The notes beneath the pieces were generated by a model. The model saw only the letters and a list, made by a program, of their open reading frames with translations, did not search any database and was not told where the DNA came from. This document shows positions 13,524 to 26,255 of a DNA stretch of 64,000 nucleotides, in pieces. The position numbers and the translations under genes are program-made. This DNA comes from the human T2T-CHM13v2.0 reference genome, Homo sapiens, in the NCBI RefSeq assembly GCF_009914755.1, contig NC_060926.1, one strand, 5' to 3'. Positions within the stretch are counted from its first letter, which is position 1. The number at the start of each line of letters is the position of its first letter.

Positions 13524-15774
13524 CTGAACATTTCAAGATGGCTTCTCTTCTGGTGCAATGTGGATGGCATCCCATCAGGGTAAATGGAGAAGCAGAGTGA
13601 GGAGATGACAGGAGTGAGAAAGTGAATGGACTCTGAAAGTGCGTCCCTGGTGGGATCTGGGGGAGAACAGGGGACTCTCCTGAATCTAACGATGGGAAAA
13701 ATACTGCTTCAATTTAGCCTCAGCAAGTCCCAAAGCTTAAAACTCCCTACGTTTGTTCAACACGACGGCAGAGAGGAAAGTTGCACCAGCAGGTACTTAA
13801 GGACTCTTCCCAATGTGGAGGTGGAACCAGGATCCTGCGACTGCAGGCACAGGATCACTGGTGCTGGGAAGTAGCTGTATCTGCAGCATCCCCTTGACAT
13901 CTGCCTCATTTCAATAATTTCCAGCCATTGAACCTCTGTCTGAATGAGCATTAGGAAACAGGCATGTTTGGATACTAATTTGAGCCTCTCTCTCTCTCCA
14001 ATCTCTCTCCAGTTTGAATTTTATGCTTGTGAAAGGGCTCCGTTGATGATTTTGATGTCTGCAGCTTTCCACCCGTATGACCAGACACATTCTCACCAGC
14101 TCCATATATCAAGATAAGGAGGGGAAACCTGGTAGCTTTTCCTTCTGTTAACTGCTGGCATCAGCTGAGTGATGCAGACATTTCTCTATTAAGAACTGAG
14201 CTGAGACTGAAGCTTCATTTTGTATGAGACTGTGCAGAGGTCGTCTAAAGTCTCTCCCAGGTGTGGTTATTAAGATCCTGGATTTGAAACTGTGACCTAC
14301 TGGTTTGCCAGATGCCAAGAACAAATGCTCTGAAATTGATTTGCCAAAAGACATGATGAGCTGCTCTAACTTGCCTGGGAAGAGTGGAATATTTAACCTG
14401 TGGGTGAGACTCCCTCTTGCTACCTATCAGCTTTGCCACTGCTCTGATAGAGAAACATCTTGGGAGCAGAGTTGGTAAGAGTGAATCAGACGTATCTGCC
14501 GGAATAGGACTCGTGGCACCTGCTTGTTCGATCCCTCATTTCCACCCCCTCTATCCTTTGCCTATTGTCAGTCATTGTGGTTGGTCCATTCAGAAGAATC
14601 GTGAATATTCATAGCCACCCTAATTTACCAATATATATTCAATAATGTCAGAGATCTGTACATGTGATTCCTGAGCTTATTACAGTAACAAGTTTCTCCA
14701 ATGCTACTGGGCATATTCTTCATGTCTTTCTTTCCAGACTACTGACTCAATTTAAGATTACATCCCTTGCCCCTTTGTGTGTATTGCATTTGCCCTGTAA
14801 AACTCATTCCCTTCATATTGTAGGACATCTAAAGACATGGGGGGCATTCCAAGACTAGGCATAAGATGTGTTTGATGCCATTCTTTTAACATGATTCACT
14901 CTTTCTTTGATCTGTGAAACTCCCTAGCATTCTGTCATGGCTATTGGGGTCCTGAGAGAGAAAACTGGAGCCTGCTTAAGTATTAATTGGTGTGGGATGA
15001 TTTTTCTCCGCATCACACTCAGGCTGCTCCCTCTGCAGTATGGTGTGCATCACTTCTCACAGCATCACTGAGGAAAGAAATATTAAATTAAGTAGGTTTT
15101 AAAATTGCCCATTGAACTCACATCATTAAATAATGCTATAAGAAATTCTTAAGCGGAGACAAGTAGGAGAATTAAAATGCTATAAATTATGCCCGGGAGG
15201 GGCGGCGGGGTGTTAAACACTTGTTTTGCCCTTTGTTCTGGCCACAAAGCACCCACAGCCGGGGATGGTTCTGCCCACTGCTTAACAATAAGTACCTGAG
15301 AGGAAGCATGACCCCTGAGTGCCCCCAAAAGGGGGATTATTGTAACAGCATTTAGCTCATCTCCAGAAACTGGTGAAAAACACCTCTGCATCATTCAGGT
15401 TATACTTGTCCCCAGGGAGCCATTAAAGTTTCCTTCTTTTTCTCTTACTCCTGCCTGGTATTTTCCATTCCCCAATTCCACCTGTCCAGCAGCAAGGAAG
15501 TGGGCAAGGAACAGTGCTCATCTTGCATATAAGGTATTCACCTGTATCATTCACCCTCAAATGTCAGGAAAGTTGTAGCTACACCTGGTCATTTATATTT
15601 TTCTCTATCGTTATTCTTGATCATGCCATCCTGTCTCTTTGGCTAATGTTTGTTAGCCAAAATTCTCATTTTCTCTATTTCTAACCGGTCTGTAAATGTT
15701 ATAAAAACAAGGACAATTCTATTTTCAAAGCACTGTACTTAAGTACATAAAACAGTGCCTGGCCCATAAATAGT

Positions 15775-16312
15775 GCTCTGGTTACCCAAGGCTGTGTGAC
15801 AAATACCATAATGTAGTAGTTTAAACAACAGCAATCATCTTATTGTCTTGAACAATTCCTATCAGTTAGGAACTAGAGAAGGGCTAATTTTTGACCCATA
15901 GTCTCAGTGGTTCTGCCTCAAGGTCTCTCATGCAACTGCTAGAGATATAACAGGGATTTTCTGAACATCTCTGTTGCATAGTCTCCAGGTCTTTCAGTGT
16001 GGTCCCTCTTCATCTGACTAGTTGAGCTTCCTTACAGCATGGCCGCCTGATGGCGGGAGGACTATCTATATGAAAACTGAAGGCTTTGAGACCAGGCATT
16101 TTAGCAGCAAAGTAGGTGCTATGAAGACTTTAGTGACCTGGCCTTGGGAGTCACACGCCATAATTTTCACTGCAATCTCTTAGTTACAAGTGAGTCACAA
16201 GCCTACCTAGATTCCAAGACAGGGGAATTTGACTTTGGTTCCTGATGTTAGTGTGGCAAGATTCTAGAAGCACATGGCGTACTGGAGATATTGTTATGAC
16301 CATCTTTGGAAA
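15775..16312 (-). mobile_element. MLT1H-like MaLR solo LTR
   Basis: TAGTTTAAACAACA..GAGCTTCCTTACAGCATGGCC..GGAGTCACAC..GAGATATTGTTATGACCATCTTTGGAAAA. Confidence 0.75.
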
Positions 16313-16929
16313 ACGGGCTCGAGAGTGCCCAGCCTTGTTTGTTTAAAAAGTAAATAAATGCCTTCTGAATGATTTCTCCATCTCTCCTACTGCAGATTTC
16401 TTCTGACTTCAGTTTTCAAATAGCTGTATTTTCATCCCATTACTGGAAACTGCATTCTGTCCGCTTTTTGAATGGCCCTTTGTATTCTACCAATTCAGCT
16501 CTTTTATAGACTATCTTCATAAAATATCGGTTCTTGAAATTTCTTCAAGCCATGTGCTTTCTCTCTCGGACTTATTTATATTCCTCTGTTGAGCTTAAAT
16601 TTCTGTACTTTGTCTTAAGGATGAGTCTTGAAAATTCAATACACCCTCCTCACCTCAGTGATCATGTTACATCCTATCTCCACCATAAGGAAAATCAACT
16701 TCTTTAAGATTTTAGAAATTTTCTCTTTGTTGATAATTTTCAGGTTTCTGTGTTCAAGTCTGACCTCTCCTAAGGCAACCAATTTGGTATCTCTGTTTAT
16801 GTCTTCATAAGCTAACCAGACTCAATTAATTCAAATGTAGCATAACTGCACTAAATTATTTTCTTTATAAACTTTTCTTCTTTATCCACTTCTCAAAGAA
16901 TGCTGTTTTGAGTAAGAATTGTACAATTC

Positions 16930-17425
16930 CTTATACAGCCATGTTCAGAGGAGCATTATTCACAACTGCCAGAGGCGGAAGCAACCCAAGTGTCCATCAA
17001 TGGATGAATGGATAAACAAAATATAGTGTATACATACAATGAAATACCATTCTGCCATAAAAAGGAGGGAAATTTTGACACATGCTATAACATGAAAGAA
17101 CCTTAAGGATATTACACTAGTGAAATAAGCCAGTCACAAAAGCATAAGTATTGTATGATTCCATTTACATGAAGTACCTAGAATAGCCAAATTCATGGAG
17201 ATAAAAGTAGAACGATGATTGGCAGGGGCTGGTGGAGGGAGGAATGTGGGATTATTATTTAATGGGAATAAAGTTTCAGTTTTGCAACATGAGGAAGTTC
17301 TGAAGATGGGTGGTGGTGATAGTTGTATAGCAAGATGAATGTACTTAACACTACTGAACTATACACTTAAAAATGGCTAAGATGGCAAATTTTATGTCAT
17401 ATGTAATCTACCACAATTTTTTAAA
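16930..17425 (+). mobile_element. L1MB-type 3' end
   Basis: GGAAGCAACCCAAGTGTCCATCAATGGATGAATGGATAAACAAAA ... ACTGAACTATACACTTAAAAATGGCTAAGATGG. Confidence 0.9.
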
Positions 17426-17810
17426 CTTCTTTTTAAAAAATTGCTCAATTTTTTTTTATTTTTTCTAGCCAATATCTGTAAACCAAAATCAGTTCTATTG
17501 AAGCAGTCAGTCTACGGGTAAGAAACTTATTAGTTTAATAATTGGAATTGCTCAGATTTAAGGTAAAGAATAACAGAAGGTTTCAATTTTCTAAGTAGAA
17601 AATGTCTTTATTGGATAGACTGTAATCATCCCCCTTACACACACAGAAACACGTACACATATACACCCTTCACAGAGTAAGACATATTTTGTTAAGGAGG
17701 GTAATTGATTCATGTATATGATTGGCTATGATTTTTGTAAGTATTTTGCATATTAATATCCCATTAAATCCTCACATTAACCGTATAAGGAAAGTACTAC
17801 TATGGTCTAA

Positions 17811-17983
17811 TTTTATTTATTTTATTTTATTTTTTTGAGACAGGGTCTCACTCTGTCACCCAGGCCAGAAAGCAGTGGCACAATCACATCTCACAGCAAC
17901 CTCAAACTCCTGGCCCCAAGCAACTTTCTCACCTCAGCCTTCCTAAGTGCTAAGATTATAGGCATGAGTCACTGCACCCAGCC
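17811..17983 (-). mobile_element. FRAM/FAM-like Alu monomer inserted in a MIR
   Basis: (TTTTA)n tail and a monomer ending CACCCAGCC. MIR sequence on both sides (about 17740-18090). Near-TSD TATGGTCTAATTTTA / TATGATCCCATTTTA. Confidence 0.8.
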
Positions 17984-18729
17984 TTATGATCCCATTTTAA
18001 TATGAGAAAGTGTGACTCAGAGTAACAAAATTATTTAACACAGAGAAATTGAGGTGAGAGGTAGGCTTTGAACCCAGGTATCCAACCGCAGACCTTTCCC
18101 TTCTTGACATTCTACTTAAATGTCACCTGCTAACTATGAGATGTTATATGTGTAAATGTGGAATTTGCTCTGAGGTTGGACACAGGACACTCGGGCTCCA
18201 GTCCAGGCTCTGTCCCAAATGGCTAAATCACTTTCTGCTTGGCATTTAATGCTCAACTGAGACTCAGTTCCTCCATCCATAAAATGGTAAATCTATTTAC
18301 CTTAAAACCCATTTTGAAAATCAAAATCAAAATTAAATAATATAAGTACTACATATGAAATAAGTACTATATATTTATTTACAGATATAAATATAAGTAC
18401 TATATATGTTCACTATGAAGTGAGCAAATATGAGGCATTGTTATCATGATGAGGTCAACAGTAGGTGGCAAACAGATGAAATGGCTCTAATCCAGAGAGC
18501 ATAATAGGGAGAAGAAGATGCCAGAAGTAAGAGATAGGGAAGAGGTTGTATTGTGGCTGGTGGTCTGTTTAGTGAGAGTTACAAGATGGGGTGTGTGGAT
18601 ATAAGTAATTCTTACGGACAATGCATATCAGAGAAATTCCTGCAAGCTCTTCCTTCACAAATCTTGAAGCAACAATGTAAAGAATATAAAATTGTGATCC
18701 TGCTTAGGAGAAGAAACAAATTTAGGTCA

Positions 18730-18731
<2 letters not shown>

Positions 18732-18764
<33 letters not shown>
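18732..18764. repeat. (CA)n microsatellite
   Basis: About 16 uninterrupted CA units. Confidence 0.97.
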
Positions 18765-18769
<5 letters not shown>

Positions 18770-19931
18770 TCACATAATTTTATATGCATCTGCATTTGCA
18801 AGCTCACTATGTCTTTTTAATAGCAAGGAGGGAGAGGAGGGAAGGAAAATGACGAAGAGTTTGTTCCTAAAGTGAAGAAGTAGATCAATCCATGAATGTT
18901 TTCAAAAAATATTTCTATAAAATAGATGAGTTCTGCTTCCACAATGGGTGATTTTTAGCAACCTGCCCCTGAAACAGTCAGCTGGTGGGTCTTCATGATT
19001 CTCCCAGAAGCCGAAGCTGAGACAAGGATGTGAATGCAGATTATTTACTAAGAGGTAATCTAGGAAGAACTGGCAGGACTAGAGGTAAATGAAGCAAGCT
19101 AACACAGGGGACATTTGTGAGCAGGAGAATAATGAGTAAAAGTCCGCTGGAGACCTCAATGAATCTATATATAATACACCTCAGTTATTCCTTTTATCCA
19201 CCTGGTCTTTTCTGCTGCCATTAATATCTGGAGGTTCTCACTACCTTCACTTGGTTCTCTGCTATTCCAGTGTTTACATAGCCAATTCCCTTTATTAAAT
19301 ACCCTCTACTTTAAATACCTAGAATGGGACCAACTTGAGCAGTACCAGTACATTCTCCACAGAGATGCTGACCCTGATTATCAACCTGCAGAACCAATGA
19401 CAGCATCAGTCTCCCTCCAGACATTGTATACTGTGAGAAAATTATTTACTTAATCTGCTTTATTCACTTAATCTGCTATGATCGGGGATTTATTTTACCC
19501 ATAAAGAACTACGTAATCAGTTTTTTCCATGCATTAATTTATTTACCTATTTTTAGCATTTTGCATGATAGACTGGCCTCATCCAGTTCACTGAGCAAGT
19601 ATTTGCTTTCTAATGAGTCCTATAAAGTCCACCCGTCTAGACTGTAAGGGAGACAGACATCTCAAGAGTTTATTTCTGCTTTTACTTTTCTTTGAAACAA
19701 ACTGAGCTGTTCTGTTCCATGTAACTCCACACTGTCTTCGACCAGGTGCATGTTCCTCTTATGTTGAATCGCTGCAGCTCAAGAGCCAACTTAAGCCACA
19801 CAAGCACATTTAAGGATTGTACCACATTCACTAACATTCCATTGGCCAATGCAAATTATGTGGCCCTGCTCAACACAAATGGGGCTGAAAAGTATTTTGT
19901 TCACAAAGGGAGAGGAAAGAGTGTGCTAAAA

Positions 19932-20117
19932 AGTAATTCTCAAATTTTAACATGCATCAGAGTTCCCCGGAAGACTTGCTAAACAGACTGTGGGGCCCCA
20001 TTCCCAAAGCTTCTCATTCAATAGGTTTGGAGTGGTACCCCACAATTTACGTTTCTAACAAATACCCTGGTGATGCTGATGCTGCTGGTCCAGGGACTAA
20101 ACTTTGAGCATCACTGG
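19932..20117. mobile_element. MER5A hAT-Charlie element
   Basis: TTCTCAAATTTTAACATGCATCAGA..TTTCTAACAA..GGTGATGCTGATGCTGCTGGTCCAGGGAC..ACTTTGAG..CACTG. Confidence 0.88.
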
Positions 20118-20224
20118 TCTAACCTATGACTTTAGTCTTGATACCTATCACAGTAGGTATCTAGAGAGGCCATGCAGTGTCTAAGAGAAAGTCGGGGACA
20201 AAAGAGTGTAAAATGCAAAATAAA

Positions 20225-20450
20225 TGAAAAACAAAAATGATTAGTCTTGTGAATAGTCCTTTTGAAAAAATGCAAAAGGATCTTGGTTTAATTAGGCGAA
20301 AGTAGAGTAGAAAACTCAGTAACCGTCTTAAAGTGTGCATTAGAATATAAGCGGCTGGTTTTTGGAGGACAGGAATAGAGTTAAAGTGCATCAAAGATAT
20401 TTAAATTAGCCATGAGCAAGAACAGCCCATTTGCAAGGCTGTTGACATGG
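20225..20450 (+). mobile_element. L3/CR1 fragment
   Basis: AGGAATAGAGTTAAAGTGCATCAAAGATATTTAAATTAGCCATGAGCAAGAAC resembles the L3 3' region. Confidence 0.45.
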
Positions 20451-21719
20451 CAGGTACACCAAAGAGACTTAGAAAATCAGAATTAGATCATTTAAGGCAT
20501 AAACAGTTACCATCGTGTTATTATTTGACTTTTGTCCTACATTGGTGCAAAATTGGAATCATCTCTGAGGGTCACTTTGGCCCCACAATCTGGTAAAGCC
20601 GGGTATGAGGATGGGAGAAAACTCAGTAAAGAAGGAGACAGAGGGAGAGACCCTGAGGAATGAATGCCTTCTTTATTGGCAAATGTATTAAAAGATGTCA
20701 CCAACAGACTTTTCATAAAAGCAAACATTTCCTAATCGTGCTGTCACCCTTAAAGCACGATGAATCTTACCCCATCGAGGAGTCAACTTTTATGGGGAGA
20801 CTAGAAAAAGCATCAGACTGAATGTCACAAGACCTGGAATGAGCCTAGGTTCGGCCATATTTGTGTTGGTTGGCCATTTATCTTAACCTTTTGCAGTTTC
20901 AGGTTTCTTGTCTATAAAATGGGTATAAGAATACCATCACTAATAAAAGAGAAAGAGCTTTGCAAACCATAAAGTGCTATTCGAATGCTGGCTTTCGGAT
21001 GGCAGAGAAGCGGTGACCATGGGCAGACCCGTCCATCTCAGCTTGCCCTGCGGAGCATTGTGGGAGTGCTTTCTGAGTCGGAATTTCAAGCGTCACTGCA
21101 AGGACAGTTTGTGTTTTGGATATCAGACAGTAAAAGTTCAGTTCAGTTAATTGCATTCTCAGTTCAGGACGTATTATCAAAATCGGTAGGTACGAGGCCT
21201 TCCTCTTGTCTAATCTCATGCTTTTTTCTTCAACTCCATTCCCAACCCCAGCTTCCCCCTCCCCACTCTCACTCAGTTTGGTATACGTCTTTGCTATGCA
21301 CACGTGTTTGAAATAGAGCATGTATTTATTTATGTGTGGCAGAGATACTGTACTTTATATCTCACTCTGGGTTTTACTCAACACTGTGTTCTGGTTTTTC
21401 CTGTCTATCCATTTAACATTATGTACCTCCAGTGACTACTATACTGGTAATTCTTTTTTAATTAGATTCTTGACATACGGTAATAAACTTTTTATTTTGC
21501 CAATTAAGGACATAAAACAAACAAACGTCTATTATCTACTCTTCCCATCATTTCATCAAAAAGGGTATTTTGGCACCAAAAATTGGATAAGGATAGAATC
21601 TCAAACTAAAGCATAGTTTCTTTATGGTGAATACTTCAGGACCATCTAGATTTGTGGGAAACCTCATCCATTTCTCTCATTTGTGGAACAGTGAAGCTTT
21701 ATCATGGGCTGGAAATAGA

Positions 21720-22116
21720 AAAACATCAGAGGAAAATATTTCTGTACCGTGCCATATAGTCATAGTTTAGACTTTGTGGGTCCAGAGTTGGCTTCAGGGC
21801 CATGAGAACTATGCAGTTGCACAAAGCCCCACACTTTAGAAGGGCCGTTTGCTTGGTTTAATGTTCTACTGTTACTGTTTTAAAATTCTTAATAATTTGT
21901 GAACTGGAGGCCCTGCATTTTCATTTTGTTCAGGGCCTCAGTTCTCTGTAGGTCAGATATCCTCCGTTACAACCACTCCTCTCTGCCACGGGAACACAGA
22001 CACAGCCGTAGACAGCATGCAAACGAATGAGAGTGGCTACATTCCATCAAAACTTTACTTCCAAATATAGGCCGCGGGCTGGATCTGGCCTGTGAGCCAC
22101 AGTTTGCTGGCCCCTG
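21720..22116. mobile_element. MER58A interrupted by MER45A (21783-21946)
   Basis: MER58A halves flank MER45A-like CTTGGTTTAATGTTCTACTGTTACTGTTTTAAAATTCTTAATAATTT. 8-bp near-TSD TGTGGGTC (21775-21782) / TGTAGGTC (21947-21954). Confidence 0.8.
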
Positions 22117-22767
22117 GCTTAGAGCACAGGCTGTGGAGTAAGCAGGCTAGATTCAAATACCAATGCCAGGACTGCGGCTGCATGACACCTGGCCATTTAC
22201 TTAACCTTCTCCAATTGCTACTTGCCCCCATTTCTAACTGTGGGGTAATATTGCAAGCCTACCTCTGGGGCTGCTGTCAGAATTAGCCCGATGATGTATG
22301 TAAACTGCCTACTACCCTCCAGTACAAACTTTCTAGAACTATTCTCATTTCTACTCTTACTGTCCTCTAGCATCACCTCTCTGCCAATCCTGATGCTGGG
22401 TTATTTACGTATTCCAACCTGTCTGTCTTTCTGGGAATCTTCCAAATTCCATATCAGAGGAAGCCGAAGTGTGTGGATCGTTTCCCTTTTCCTCCTTTTC
22501 CAAGTAGACGTTTTTGGCTAAAATTAGCAACAGTTTTCAATAAACCAGATGTGATCTCTCACCCAGGGTTCTGGAGTTTGGCGCAGAGTACACACTTTCA
22601 TCAGCTGTCCCCAGTGCCGGGCTGGTCAGAGGTACAATTGCTCCCTCTCTAAGTAATACAGTTGCTTCTGCAACACATGCACACTTTCAACCTCAGGCAT
22701 TCAGGTGTTCTTACACACTTGCCATGGTATCAACCTTCTCTCTGTCCATCATTAAAAATAATATAAG

Positions 22768-24464
22768 CGGCTGCTCAAGGAAATCAGAGAGGACACAAAC
22801 AAATGGAAAAACACTCCATGCTCATGGATAGAAAGAATCAATATCATGAAGATGGCCATACTGCCCAAAGTAATTTAGATTCAGTGCTATTCCCATTAAA
22901 TTACCATTGACATTCTTCACGGAACTAGAAAAAAATACTTTAAAATCCATATGGAACCAAAAAAGAGCCCATATAGCCAAGACAATCCTAAGCAAAAAGA
23001 ACAAAGCTAGAAGCATCATGCTACTCAACTTCAAACTATACTACAAGGCTACAGTAACCAAAACAGCATAGTACTGGAACCAAAACAGACACATAGACCA
23101 ATGGAACAGAGCAGAGAACTCAGAAATAAGACCGCATATCTACAACCATCTTATCTTTGACAAACCTGACAAAAACAAACAATGGAGAAAGGATTCCCTG
23201 TTTAATAAATGGTGCTGGGAGAACTGGCTAGTCACATGCAGAAAATTGAAACTAGACCCCTTCCTTGCACTTTATACAAAAATAACTCAAGATGGTTTGA
23301 AGGCTTAAATGTAAAATCAAAAACTATAAAATCCCTAGAAGAAAATCTAGGCAATACCATTCAGGACATAGGCAAGGGCAAAGATTTCATGAGGAAGACG
23401 CCAAAAGCAATTGCAACAAAAGCTAAAATTGACAAATTGGATCTAATTAAACTAAAGAGCCTCAAAACAGCAAAAGAACTATCATCAGAGTGAGCAGACA
23501 ACTCACAGAATGAGGGAAAATTTTTGCAATCTATCCATCTAACAAAGGTCTAATACCCAGAATCTACAAGGAACTTAAACAAATTTACAAGAAAAAAAAC
23601 CCAACAACCTTATTAAAAAGTGGGCAAAGGACATGAACAGACACTTCTCAAAAGAAGAAATGTATGTGGCCAACAAACATATTGAAGAAGCTCAACATTA
23701 TGGATCATTAGAGAAATGCAAATTGAACCACAATGAGATACCATCTCACACCAGTCAGAATAGATGATTATTAAAAAGTCAAGAAACAACAGATTCTGGC
23801 AAGGCTGCAGAGAAATAGAAACACCTGTACACTGTTGGTGGGAATGTAAATTAGTTCAACCATTGTGGAAGACAGTGTGGAGATTCCTCAAAGACCTAGA
23901 ACCAGAAACACCATTTGACCCAGCAATCCCATTACTGGATATATACCCAAAGGAATATAAATCATTCTTTTATAACAATACATGGACACATATGTTCATT
24001 GCAGCACTATTCACAATAGCAAATACATGGGAACAATCTAAATGCCCATCAATGATAGACTGGATAAGGAAAACGTGGTACATATACACCATGGAATACT
24101 ATGCAGCCATAAAAAGAAATGAGATCATGTCCTTTGCAGGAACATGTATGGAGCTGGAAGCCATTATCCTCAGCAGACTAATGCAGGAATAGAAAACCAA
24201 ATACTGCATGTTCTCACTTATGAGTGGGAGCTGAACAATGTGAACACATGGACATAGGGAGGACACCAACACACAGTGGGGCCTGTGTTGGGAGGGTGGT
24301 TGGGGGAGGTTGGAGAGCATCAGGAAAAATAGCTAATGCATGCTGATCTTAACACCTAGATGATGGATTGAAAGGTGCAGCAAACCACCATCACACATGT
24401 TTACCTATGGAACAAACCTGCATATCCTGCCCATGTATCTTGGTACCTAAAATAAAATAAATTT
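22768..24464 (+). mobile_element. 5'-truncated L1 (older L1PA, about PA13-16): ORF2 C-terminal remnant plus 3'UTR
   Basis: ORFs 23209-23493 and 23764-24192 translate to L1 ORF2p ([31 protein letters not shown]), broken by frameshifts and stops. Perfect 16-bp TSD TTAAAAATAATATAAG at 22752-22767 and 24465-24480. Confidence 0.96.
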
Positions 24465-25100
24465 TTAAAAATAATATAAGTGACTTCTTACCTGGAGTAG
24501 GCTCTACAGTAAGTATGTTTTTGGAGTTTTTTTCTCCCTTATCTTCTTTACCGAGTTAAGGCCACAGATCTTAGGCTTTGAGTCACATATACCTAAAATC
24601 TAAACAAAATTGAAAATACTCCCCAAAGGGGAAAAACTGCACTTGTGCACACACACACACACATATGCACACTTTTTTTACCTAAAATTTCAGGGGCTTA
24701 AAGATTCTCTGAGGGATCAGTCACAACCACTAAAGATCTATCTATGAAAACAGATGAATTCCTAACCGGGGGAATTTCAACGCTTTACTTGTTGAGGTAT
24801 CAGAATCACAAGTTGTATCTATGCTAGCAAGAGTACCTGACAAGGAAGAAGTACATTCGTAAAAGTGTGAATTAACTAAGGTGAATTCCTAGGCATCTTG
24901 AAATCCTTTTAGGACCTAGTTATGATGAATGAATGGCTTGTGGAAAAGCAGCACGTCAGCCATCCATTAGGATAGCTTTGCGTTCCCTTGGTGAGCAGAT
25001 CTATACGGATGGTTCTTCCGGTTACTTTCAGGGTAGTGAGTTTTGCTTCAGAAAATGTGATTGATGTGGCTGTGCCTCCATGCACACATCATTAGTCTGT

Positions 25101-25400
25101 GGCGGGTAAGCTCAGATGGTCAGAGCACTGTGCTAATGAGGCGAAGGTTAGGGGTTCAGTGCCCACGTGGGCTACTTAGCTTTTGTCTCATTCATGCCCC
25201 CAGACTACTCCCAACGCAGGCCACCTGTCTTGAAGATGTGTATCTATAGTCAGAGGGAGGAGCCATGTGCAAGCGTTTGGCTGGATCACTACAAATCTAT
25301 CATGACTCTGGGAAATCAACCGCTGTATGAGATCCCGGCGATTGATGAGGGAACTCACTTTCATTTAAAAGGGACAGCAAGCATAATTCTCAATGCACAC
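25101..25400 (+). mobile_element. MamSINE1-like tRNA-derived SINE (tRNA-Ile(AAT)-like head at 25101-25174)
   Basis: GGCGGGTAAGCTCAGATGGTCAGAGCACTGTGCTAATGAGGCGAAGGTTAGGGGTTCAGTGCCCACGTGGGCTA aligns by eye to tRNA-Ile-AAT. The downstream TTAGCTT..GGATCACTACAAATCTATCA resembles the MamSINE1 body. Confidence 0.75.
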
Positions 25401-26004
25401 ATAGTCTCAATGGAGTGGATTTTGTGAGTAACTTGTTAAACTGTCACTTAATTTTACATCTCTAGAAAATAGGTAACAGAGTGAGATGATTTTTGACAAA
25501 ATAGTGGTGAGGTGCCCTTCACTTAGGCAAGAGAAATGTGAATATTTACTTACATATAGAGGGGTGCGCACTAGCACTCATGCTGCAGAAAATTCATTTC
25601 ACAAAAACAACTACAGATGCTTTTGAATTATTTAATCGGTAAATCTTCGATTGTGTTATCAAAATAATAGTTGAATTCAACAAAACTTTTCATCTTCATA
25701 TTTCTTTTAAAGAGCAAAGCACATGTTTGCATCCAAAACTTCCTCATTTACCCTTACTTTGGGTAAAAGCACTACGATCTGACACCAGCCAGGGGTCAGG
25801 AAATAACCCTTAGGTCCTCCCTGACCCTCAGGCTCTCCATCTCCCAGACCTACAGGAAGCCAAGAGGTTTTGTTTCAACTCCTTCAGGGCTCTAATATCT
25901 GTCCTTCCCTCATTCTTACTATGACGATTTCAGCTCAAACCCTGGTTACTTCCTTACTGGACCACTGGAGAACACAGCTAACTAATCTTTCATCCTCCCT
26001 TATC

Positions 26005-26255
26005 ACTGAGGATAATTTCTGAGGGTGAGGTTTACAATCCGACTACCTGTATTCAAACCCAAAATCTACCATTTACTAGCTATGTGACTTTTAGCCTGTG
26101 CCTTTGTTTTTGTTCACCTGTAAATTGGGGACAAAAATAATAACAGGCTTATGGGATTCTTGTGATGTAAATTGGTTAATTTTATAAAAGGTGCTTAGAA
26201 AATTGCCTGGAATATAATATGCACTTAATAAATGTTATTTGCTATTATTATTATT
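26005..26255 (+). mobile_element. MIR
   Basis: TTCAAACCC..ACCATTTACTAGCTATGTGACTTT..CACCTGTAAATTGGGGA..GCACTTAATAAATGTTA. Confidence 0.75.

Noticed and set aside
13015-13600. Long ORFs (186, 167 and 118 aa) on both strands
   Set aside because: These are translations of the GGAA/GAAA microsatellite: low-complexity and stop-free by composition.
23209-24192. ORFs with recognisable protein similarity
   Set aside because: They are fragments of L1 ORF2p in a 5'-truncated, frameshifted L1, not a host gene.
25032-25042. GGTAGTGAGTT match to Y1 RNA
   Set aside because: Only about 11 nt match, with no further Y RNA similarity on either side.
25101-25174. Functional tRNA-Ile gene
   Set aside because: The stems are disrupted, the B-box is degenerate, and it continues into SINE body sequence. 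I treated it as a SINE head.
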